Shown here one piece after another: positions 37,480-44,022 of a stretch of DNA of 47,657 nucleotides. Both the position numbers and the translations under genes were made by a program. The stretch covers positions 1 to 47,657 of the IMG/VR virus record IMGVR_UViG_3300043416_000191. One strand, given 5' to 3'. Numbering within the stretch: position 1 is the first letter of the stretch; each line of letters begins with the position of its first letter. Origin of the DNA: a virus (Duplodnaviria > Caudoviricetes). The notes beneath the pieces are model-generated. The model worked only from the letters and a program-made list of their open reading frames with translations, was not told where the DNA came from and made no database searches.

Positions 37480-38939
37480 AGTTTGGTAGCATATGTAGTG
37501 GAATAGAAGCCGCAAGTGTAGCATGGAATAAATTAGGTTGGGAAGCATCATGGTTTGCAGAAATTGAGCAATTTCCATCAGCAGTATTAAATCACCATTA
37601 TCCAGAAGTACCTAATCTTGGGGACATGACCAAGTTACCAGAAAAGATTTTAAATCAAGAAATAGATGCTCCAGATATTCTTTGTGGTGGTACACCATGC
37701 CAAGCATTTAGTGTTGCTGGCAATAGACAATCCCTTGATGATGCAAGAGGAAATTTAACTTTAACATTTTGTGAGATAGCAGATGCCTTGGACACAGTCA
37801 GAGATATTCCAGCAATTATCTTTTGGGAAAACGTCCCAGGAGTCCTTAACACCAAAGACAATGCCTTTGGCTATTTCCTTGCTCGACTTGCCGGTGAAGA
37901 TAGCGAATTACAGCCGTCAGGGAAGCGATGGACAAACGCTGGTGTTGTGTTTGGACACAAAAGGACAGTCGCTTGGCGAGTCCTCGATGCCCAATATTTC
38001 GGATTGGCACAACGAAGAAAACGTGTGTTCGTTGTCGCAAGTGCTAGAGAAGGGTTCGATCCAGCCGAAGTTCTTTTTGAGTTCGAGGGCTTGCGAAGGG
38101 ATATTGCGCCGAGCAGAGGTGAGAGGAAAAATGCTACCTCCAGCATTGAAGATCGCTCTCCAGATGGCTGTCCAACCGTAGGTACATTAATGGCAAGAGA
38201 TTACAAAGGAATTGGTAATCAAGATTTAGAAGATGATAGAGGATTATGCTTTGAACCAAGATCAGCGGATGGTGTGCCTCGGATACATGATGACTTATCT
38301 CCTACATTGAACACTATGGGTGGTGGTCAACGTGAACCTTGTGTAGTTGTTGGAGCATTAGATACAGAATGTGGATGTTCAAAATTAACGCAACAATCTA
38401 TTAATAATGGACATTTAATTACTTATGGTATTCAAGGAAATATGATTGGACGTAAACCTGAAAATGGCCCACAAGGTTCTGGATACAGTGAAGATATAAG
38501 TTTTACTCAAACAAAAGCCGATGTACATGGCGTTGCTTATGGTTTTGAACCAGGCATAGCAAAACGTGAGGGTGAACCCAATCGTTTTATTGAAGAAATG
38601 ACTCCCACTATGCGTAGTGAGATGGGGGATAATCAGATTGCTGTTGCATCTATTGTTGCTCCAACATTAACAGCATCAAATGATCCAAGCAGAAGCCCAC
38701 AATCTACAGAAGTAACCAATCAAGTTTATTCTGTTTATCAATCATGTATGGCAGTACGCAGATTAACGCCAAGAGAATGTGAAAGACTGCAAGGTTTTCC
38801 AGATGATTATACAAAGATACCTTATCGCAATAAAGATTCTGAAAAATGCCCTGATGGCCCACGTTATAAAGCTTTAGGAAACAGTTGGGCAGTACCAGTA
38901 GTTAGATGGATTGGAGAAAGAATAGCAAAACAAATTTAA
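37476..38939 (+). CDS. DNA (cytosine-5) methyltransferase
   Basis: SICSGIEA (motif I variant), GGTPCQAFS (IV), ENVPG (VI), QRRKRVF (VIII), RRLTPRECERLQGFP and YKALGNS (IX/X). Probable start at 37476. Confidence 0.93.
   Translation: MKFGSICSGIEAASVAWNKLGWEASWFAEIEQFPSAVLNHHYPEVPNLGDMTKLPEKILNQEIDAPDILCGGTPCQAFSVAGNRQSLDDARGNLTLTFCEIADALDTVRDIPAIIFWENVPGVLNTKDNAFGYFLARLAGEDSELQPSGKRWTNAGVVFGHKRTVAWRVLDAQYFGLAQRRKRVFVVASAREGFDPAEVLFEFEGLRRDIAPSRGERKNATSSIEDRSPDGCPTVGTLMARDYKGIGNQDLEDDRGLCFEPRSADGVPRIHDDLSPTLNTMGGGQREPCVVVGALDTECGCSKLTQQSINNGHLITYGIQGNMIGRKPENGPQGSGYSEDISFTQTKADVHGVAYGFEPGIAKREGEPNRFIEEMTPTMRSEMGDNQIAVASIVAPTLTASNDPSRSPQSTEVTNQVYSVYQSCMAVRRLTPRECERLQGFPDDYTKIPYRNKDSEKCPDGPRYKALGNSWAVPVVRWIGERIAKQI
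37783..38181 (+). CDS. Nested alternative-frame ORF; putative MTase beta-type polypeptide
   Basis: 132-aa ORF in the +1 frame inside the MTase, ending in CSLSQVLE...PKFFLSSRACEGILRRA..RGK.LP..L..AL. Confidence 0.6.
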   Translation: MPWTQSEIFQQLSFGKTSQESLTPKTMPLAISLLDLPVKIANYSRQGSDGQTLVLCLDTKGQSLGESSMPNISDWHNEENVCSLSQVLEKGSIQPKFFLSSRACEGILRRAEVRGKMLPPALKIALQMAVQP

Positions 38940-39131
38940 GGCAGTGTAACCGCACTCTTTGTATAAAAAGGCATGGACGCAGTTAGGCTACGCTGGAGGC
39001 TTGAAAATTTATCAATGCTAATAACTATGTTCTGCCAATGTTTCTCGGCATAGTTGGAAGTGAAGGCTGGCGGTTTTTGATAGCGGCTCAATTGATAATC
39101 CAGCACATTTATATCTAATTTAGAGATAACT

Positions 39132-39599
39132 ATGATGACAGAAGAAGAACGTATTGAAAAAAGGCGTGAACATTATAGACGCTACCGGGAAGCTAATAGA
39201 GCATCAATTAATGCTCGTAAAAGAGCTAAAACATTGAGGTCAAAAATGCCCAATATGCCACTAATAAATGAACAGTTGAATATCACCAAAAAAGAAATTG
39301 CCAAATTAATTGGCGTTAAAATGCTGACACTTGAAAAGATTTTAAAAGATAAAAAATACAGTGCGCCACAACACATGGGCGTACATTTTGACGGTACTGT
39401 TCTTTATAACAGGGCGGCAATAATGGAGTGGATGCCTTACATAAGAGAAACATCTGTTTTTATTACCAGAGGCAAACCCATAAAACTTACAGGCATGGCG
39501 GCACAAATAGTTCAGTTTATGCACAGAAATAAAAAAGTAGAATTGTTTTGTAATGAACTAAGGCGTAAACAAATAGATTGGAGAATTAATAATGGATAG
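39132..39599 (+). CDS. Basic HTH-containing DNA-binding protein
   Basis: Arg-rich N-terminus and ITKKEIAKLIGV...TL HTH. Confidence 0.6.
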   Translation: MMTEEERIEKRREHYRRYREANRASINARKRAKTLRSKMPNMPLINEQLNITKKEIAKLIGVKMLTLEKILKDKKYSAPQHMGVHFDGTVLYNRAAIMEWMPYIRETSVFITRGKPIKLTGMAAQIVQFMHRNKKVELFCNELRRKQIDWRINNG

Positions 39600-39834
39600 G
39601 GATATTGATTTTGCATTAATGCTCCAAGTGCTACATGTAAGAGGTTTTAGCCTAGCAGACATAGCAAGAAAAACTAATAACTCTGCACATGAGTTATCAA
39701 AAGTTAAACAAGAAACATTAAGCCCACCAGCTGCTTGGAGTGAAGGTATAGCATTACTTGATTATTGGTTAAAAGCAATTGGTGAAAATCCTCCCCGTGT
39801 TGGAGATCATATTGATATGGAGTTAAAAAAATGA
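39592..39834 (+). CDS. HTH protein
   Basis: RGFSLADIARKT...P.W..G.ALL. Confidence 0.55.
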   Translation: MDRDIDFALMLQVLHVRGFSLADIARKTNNSAHELSKVKQETLSPPAAWSEGIALLDYWLKAIGENPPRVGDHIDMELKK

Positions 39835-40028
39835 AAATGAAATACCCCCTACTTACTGATACATCTAGGTGTGTAGGTAGTAAGTGCGATCAGAAGAACA
39901 TTTGCCAGCGATACCTGACCATTGAATTAGACTCATCACCCATGCAATGGTTTATGGACGCCAGTGTTGAGCTGACCTATACCAACGATGACGCCTGTGA
40001 TTTCCTTATACCGTTTGGAGGTGAGTGA
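39831..40028 (+). CDS. Small Cys-rich phage protein
   Basis: D.SRC.G..C.....CQRY...C.F. Confidence 0.6.
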   Translation: MKMKYPLLTDTSRCVGSKCDQKNICQRYLTIELDSSPMQWFMDASVELTYTNDDACDFLIPFGGE

Positions 40029-40354
40029 TGAGTAAAGAAAGAGAGTTGTTGGAAAGAGTTAAAGCTGAAGGGTATATTAGTTTTGGACTATACAAAGAAA
40101 TCGAAAAACTCCTCGCCCAACCTGAGCAAGAGCCTGAGCCTCTTTTAGCAGAAACAAAGATTGAATGGTATGGGAAAGGGTTTAGACAAGGGGTCAATGA
40201 GTTTGCACCACCCAAACCCTTAACAGAAGATGTTATATATGCTCTTGATAAAGAAGGGGTTGTTGAAAATATGGACGATCATCAAGTCAGATACGTCATT
40301 AGATGGATAAGAAGAGTAGAAAAAGCACATGGCATTGGAGGTGGTAATGAGTAA
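40028..40354 (+). CDS. Mosaic MSKERELL-family protein, cassette 1
   Basis: Boxes A (MSKERELL), B (LLAQPEQEP), C (APPKPLT) and D (EKAHGIG). Confidence 0.75.
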   Translation: MSKERELLERVKAEGYISFGLYKEIEKLLAQPEQEPEPLLAETKIEWYGKGFRQGVNEFAPPKPLTEDVIYALDKEGVVENMDDHQVRYVIRWIRRVEKAHGIGGGNE

Positions 40355-40763
40355 AGAAAGAGAGTTGTTGGTAAGGATTGTAGAGGCGAACATGGTGCAG
40401 TACATGGAACTAATGGATGAAGCTGAAGAACTCCTCGCCCAACCTGAACTGTCAACTGATAGCTATCAGTTGACTGAGCAAGCGCCTGTGGCTTGGATGT
40501 ATGACCATCATATAGCAGTTGGGCATGATAAATATACTGAATTCAATATTGTTGAAACTTGTGCAAGGAATTTAGAATCTGAAAATTGTATTAATGTTCG
40601 TCCACTTTACCTAGCACCACCAAAACGTGAGCAAAAGCCATTAACACGACAACAAATAAGCGAGGGTAATCAATCAATGCTTAATGTTACGAGAGATGCT
40701 TTTGTAAACGGTGCTAAGTGGGCTGAAAAAGCACACGGTATAACTGGAGAGAATGATGAATAA
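40347..40763 (+). CDS. Mosaic MSKERELL-family protein, cassette 2
   Basis: Start at 40347 after GGAGGTGG. Boxes A, B (LLAQPE...EQAPVAW), C (PLYLAPPKRE) and D (EKAHGITG). Confidence 0.75.
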   Translation: MSKERELLVRIVEANMVQYMELMDEAEELLAQPELSTDSYQLTEQAPVAWMYDHHIAVGHDKYTEFNIVETCARNLESENCINVRPLYLAPPKREQKPLTRQQISEGNQSMLNVTRDAFVNGAKWAEKAHGITGENDE

Positions 40764-41163
40764 AGAAAGAGAGTTACTAATAAGAGCACGAGATGTATTG
40801 CGCGGACTAAAAGAAACCCATTATCACTTATATTGGGACATACAGACTGCACTAGACCAACCTGAGCAAGAGCCTGTTGGTATTGTAATAACTATTGGAG
40901 GCTACCCAGACGACTCTGAGCATACAGTTAAATTAACATGTAGACATAGAGACTTAAAGGATGGGGATTTGCTCTACACAGCACCACCTAAACAAGAACC
41001 TATCAACTTTGATTTAGAACGGATGAAGCTGGCTGTGGCACCTGTGTCAGATGTTACGGTAGAGGGTTTAATAAATAAGGTTAAAAGTAATAGAGTATTT
41101 TATCAAGAAGGCTATGCGCAAGCATTGGTAGATTTCAAAAAACAAAATCAGCACACGGTATAG
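40753..41163 (+). CDS. Mosaic MSKERELL-family protein, cassette 3
   Basis: MNKERELL, QPEQEPVG and LYTAPPKQEP. Box D is present in the DNA but out of frame. Confidence 0.72.
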   Translation: MMNKERELLIRARDVLRGLKETHYHLYWDIQTALDQPEQEPVGIVITIGGYPDDSEHTVKLTCRHRDLKDGDLLYTAPPKQEPINFDLERMKLAVAPVSDVTVEGLINKVKSNRVFYQEGYAQALVDFKKQNQHTV

Positions 41164-41169
41164 GGGTAG

Positions 41170-41334
41170 ATGATGAATGATGCAGAAAAGTTAACATATG
41201 ACGCACTTTTGACGGCGTTGAGACTGTCAGAGACGAGCGCAAAAGGGTATCACCTAGATAAGCTAGAAAAGTTTGTAGGGGTGGTTAACATTAGAATCCA
41301 TAAAGCCATACCAGAAGGATGGGAGATACCATGA
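41170..41334 (+). CDS. Hypothetical 54-aa protein (not in ORF track)
   Basis: MMNDAEKLTYDALLTALRLSETSAKGYHLDKLEKFVGVVNIRIHKAIPEGWEIP. The second copy differs mainly at synonymous sites, which supports coding. Confidence 0.65.
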   Translation: MMNDAEKLTYDALLTALRLSETSAKGYHLDKLEKFVGVVNIRIHKAIPEGWEIP

Positions 41335-41498
41335 CTGACGAGCAATTACTAGAATATCGTAATACACAACTACTTGGATTACGAGAAGAAAATAGAAAGT
41401 TACGAGAAGATTTACGAGAAGGTTTACGAGAAGAAATATCCTTACGTGACGCAACGAACGATGGCTTAATTACTTCTGCTGATGCATCTAAAACGTGA
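41331..41498 (+). pseudogene. Small gene apparently truncated at its SLRD motif by the captured insert
   Basis: MTDEQLLEY...LREENRKLREDLREGLREEISLRD then runs into foreign sequence. TTACGAGAAG repeats at 41379, 41400, 41412 and 41424. Confidence 0.5.
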
Positions 41499-41596
41499 TT
41501 TTGAAAGAGGGAAAATAGATCAAGCCACTTGTAAGGTGATTTTCTTAGTAGGCCATAGTAAAGGTTATAACCATCAACATAAACAATTGTACGCAT
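41465..41596 (-). pseudogene. 5' fragment (~44 codons) of a NYN/LabA-DUF88 PIN-like RNase gene
   Basis: MRTIVYVDGYNLYYGLL..SPYKWLDL is the NYN N-terminal signature. Similarity ends near SAEVIK, where the frame runs into antisense phage sequence. Confidence 0.8.
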
Positions 41597-41615
41597 TTAC
41601 TTTGTTAGATACCTA

Positions 41616-41693
41616 AAATGACAAAGCCGCCCGAAGGCGGCCTGTCGCCCCAAGAGCGAACCGGAAATCCGGACGGTCAAGGGGGGAGTCGTG
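41616..41693 (-). ncRNA. Putative structured small RNA ending in a terminator-like hairpin, upstream of the NYN fragment
   Basis: GC-rich. CCCC/GGGG stem, CCGGA-UU-UCCGG inverted repeat, then GACAGGCCGCC-UUCG-GGCGGCUUUGUC-AUUUU. Confidence 0.6.
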
Positions 41694-41698
41694 GCTAT

Positions 41699-41727
41699 AG
41701 TTTAGATAAAAATGTGATGACATGCAA
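41699..41727 (-). promoter_or_regulatory. Sigma70 promoter, antisense to the surrounding phage operon
   Basis: TTGCAT-17 nt-TAAACT on the minus strand. Confidence 0.65.
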
Positions 41728-41899
41728 GATAGAGGACTAAATTATCACTAGAGGACTTATGACTGTCAGAGACCAGCGCAAAAGGGTATCACCTAGATAA
41801 GCTAGAAAAGTTTGTAGGGGTGGTCAATATTAGACTCCATAAAGCACTGCCAAAAGGCTGGGAAATACCATGCGATTAATAACCCTTTTGGGGATGAAG

Positions 41900-42274
41900 A
41901 TGAGTAAAGAAAGAGAACTATTAAAAGAGTGTAGATTGATGCTTGCTAATCCTATCAATGGCACAGCAGGGATAAACTTGCAAATTAGGATAACTGAACT
42001 AATTGCCCAGCCTGAGCATATTGTTGATGTTACCGATAAGGTAGAGCCTGTTGCAAATATACTAGAGCATGAAATATTTATAGAAAGGGTTTTAACTAGA
42101 GCAATGGGTAAAAATACTATATCCCTGCTTGACCACTTTGCTGGCTTGGCTATGCAGTCCTTGTTGACAAAAGTATCTACTACAGTGGGATCAGATTCAG
42201 TTGCTATGGCTGCATACCACGTGGCACATCAAATGTTAAAGGAAAGAAGTAGGGGGGAGAAAAGAGATGAGTAA
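41900..42274 (+). CDS. Mosaic MSKERELL-family protein, cassette 4
   Basis: Boxes A and B (IAQPEH...EPVA) fused to the SLLDHFAGLAMQ...AY.VA..ML.ER domain. Confidence 0.72.
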   Translation: MSKERELLKECRLMLANPINGTAGINLQIRITELIAQPEHIVDVTDKVEPVANILEHEIFIERVLTRAMGKNTISLLDHFAGLAMQSLLTKVSTTVGSDSVAMAAYHVAHQMLKERSRGEKRDE

Positions 42275-42506
42275 AGAAAGAGAGCTGTTACAAAGGCTAG
42301 TTAGTGCAGAGTTGAACGATATTTTTGATTTGTTAGTTGAAGCACAACAACTACTTGCCCAACCTGAGCAAGAGCCTTTTGCGGTTGTAGCAAACAATTC
42401 AGTTGGTTTTGATGTATCACGCTCACCACAGGGTATGCCATTGGTTTGGCTAGGTAAACTGGAGTACGGAGATAAACTTTATAGAGTGAGGGCTAGAGAT
42501 GAATAA
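42267..42506 (+). CDS. Mosaic MSKERELL-family protein, cassette 5
   Basis: MSKERELL, LLAQPEQEP and G.KLY. Confidence 0.75.
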   Translation: MSKERELLQRLVSAELNDIFDLLVEAQQLLAQPEQEPFAVVANNSVGFDVSRSPQGMPLVWLGKLEYGDKLYRVRARDE

Positions 42507-42759
42507 AGACCAGCAAAAAACAGTAAATGAAATGCTTGACGCTATGGAGTTAGATACCTATGGTGAGAAAGGCTTAAAAGAAATAATAAGGCAACTGGTT
42601 GTTGAAATGGTAAAGCAGTCAGCACCACCAAAACGTGCGCCTATATTTAATTACATATCTCCTGACTATATCACAGGCGAATATTTAGAAGCTTACGATT
42701 TAGGGTTTAGTGATGCAGAAAAAGCTCACGGTATAACTGGAGTAGATGATGATAATTAG
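42499..42759 (+). CDS. Mosaic family protein, cassette 6
   Basis: ATGAATAAAGA start, SAPPKRAP and AEKAHGITGVDD. Confidence 0.7.
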   Translation: MNKDQQKTVNEMLDAMELDTYGEKGLKEIIRQLVVEMVKQSAPPKRAPIFNYISPDYITGEYLEAYDLGFSDAEKAHGITGVDDDN

Positions 42760-42985
42760 TAGTCTTGATGAAATGAAAGCGCATCTTGCGGTAATAAAAT
42801 CTCAAGCAAGCTCATGGGCATCTTCTTCAGATGGAAGTTATGAAGCTTGTTTACATGACAATGGATACTATCTTCTATACAATAATATAAAAATTATTGA
42901 AGAACTAGAGCAAATTGAAGATTCAATGTCAGAACTTAAAGGAAAACGAACGATCTTGATAGATAAATTATATGGGGAAGGCTAA
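42746..42985 (+). CDS. Hypothetical protein
   Basis: 79 aa, coupled to the previous gene. Confidence 0.55.
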   Translation: MMIISSLDEMKAHLAVIKSQASSWASSSDGSYEACLHDNGYYLLYNNIKIIEELEQIEDSMSELKGKRTILIDKLYGEG

Positions 42986-43071
42986 TGAACTTTGCTTTAC
43001 ACACAACGGTAATAATGATTCTTGCGCTTACAAATGTAGTATTATTTACTATATTAGTTTTGGTTTGTTGA

Positions 43072-43506
43072 CTACAAAAGTAGCAGGGTTGCTTCTTTAT
43101 TTCTTCTAACAGTTAATCCTTTTAACACTTTACCTCCGCACTTATTCCACCTCTGGATCTCGGTGAAGGCTTCTGACCATCGACCTTCATCAACTTTTTT
43201 CTTTAGCGTAGATGATTTGTAATTGCCAATACCCAAATTATAGATAAAATCGGCAATGGCTGCTTGTTTTGATGGGGAAGCTGTTTTTAATATAGGACTA
43301 GCGTTTAGGGCATAATCAATAGTTTTCATGGCGATTACCAATAAACATTCGTCAGCCTTTTCCTGCGTCCATACAAGTCCTTTCTTTATATCGTTACCAG
43401 TATATCCCCAACCAATTGTCCACACCCCAGCAGGGCATTGGTATGCAGTAAGTTCACATCCCTCACTATCTCTAATTAGTTTAACAAGTATCTCTAAAGC
43501 TGGCAT
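43072..43506 (-). CDS. Endolysin, GH24 lysozyme
   Basis: EGC.L.AYQCPAGVWTIGWG.T, F.YNLG.G.Y..STL and W....GKVL.GL..RR..E motifs. Confidence 0.92.
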   Translation of the reverse strand: MPALEILVKLIRDSEGCELTAYQCPAGVWTIGWGYTGNDIKKGLVWTQEKADECLLVIAMKTIDYALNASPILKTASPSKQAAIADFIYNLGIGNYKSSTLKKKVDEGRWSEAFTEIQRWNKCGGKVLKGLTVRRNKEATLLLL

Positions 43507-43694
43507 TAGTGTTTAATTAATTCAATCACTTTATCAATTCCAAATAAAGTTACTAAGGCAATGGTGACGGCAAGGAAAGCTTTGGCTGTTCTGGACATTT
43601 GTGCTATCTTTTTTAGTTCACGAAGTTCATCAAGAGTTAGTGATTCGCTAGTATCAATAAGGTGAAGATGCTGTCTTTGCTCATCTTCACTCAT
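43506..43694 (-). CDS. Small protein with C-terminal TM helix (possible holin/antiholin)
   Basis: AFLAVTIALVTLFGI hydrophobic segment; coupled to the endolysin. Confidence 0.5.
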   Translation of the reverse strand: MSEDEQRQHLHLIDTSESLTLDELRELKKIAQMSRTAKAFLAVTIALVTLFGIDKVIELIKH

Positions 43695-43797
43695 GATTCA
43701 AGCTCTTTAAAAAAGTGGTTAAAGTATTCATCGTGTCATCCTGAAAGCTACAATATACAGCTTTCAGTTATAACACATTCTGATAAAAATAGTACAG

Positions 43798-44022
43798 TTA
43801 TTGCACTTTTGTAATTGCAGAAGATTCCTTAACAAAAAACCCTAATGCACCAAAAACAACTGTTCCAGTATTTAGCCAATCTTGAACTATACCAGGGTCT
43901 AATTTATAACCAACCAAAGCTAGTACCGATGCAATAGATGCAAAGGTACTTGGCTCACGCAATCTGCCTTTAAGAAAAATAAATACAGCTAATAATTTAC
44001 CCATTATAAATATTTTACACAA
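43798..44022 (-). CDS. Putative holin
   Basis: RLREPSTFA plus two hydrophobic helices. Probable start MGKLL at 44004. Confidence 0.55.
   Translation of the reverse strand: MCKIFIMGKLLAVFIFLKGRLREPSTFASIASVLALVGYKLDPGIVQDWLNTGTVVFGALGFFVKESSAITKVQ

Larger units (their letters stand above)
41222..41872. repeat. 112-bp direct repeat pair (41222-41333 and 41761-41872; 10 mismatches)
   Basis: GACTGTCAGAGAC...GGGA(G/A)ATACCATG in both copies. Confidence 0.92.

Noticed and set aside
38940-39130. tRNA gene
   Set aside because: I could not draw a T-loop (TTCGAA) or a complete cloverleaf.
41291-41596. Intact 101-aa NYN protein
   Set aside because: Only the first ~44 residues are NYN-like. The rest (SSRK repeats) is the antisense of a phage gene's 12-bp repeats.
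41222-41872. Diversity-generating retroelement TR/VR pair
   Set aside because: Mismatches are mostly synonymous and not adenine-specific, and I see no reverse transcriptase in the genome.
23450-43070. Lysogeny module (integrase, CI, att site)
   Set aside because: I recognised no tyrosine/serine recombinase, partition ATPase or peptidase-type repressor motifs. The lifestyle is probably lytic, but this is not proven.
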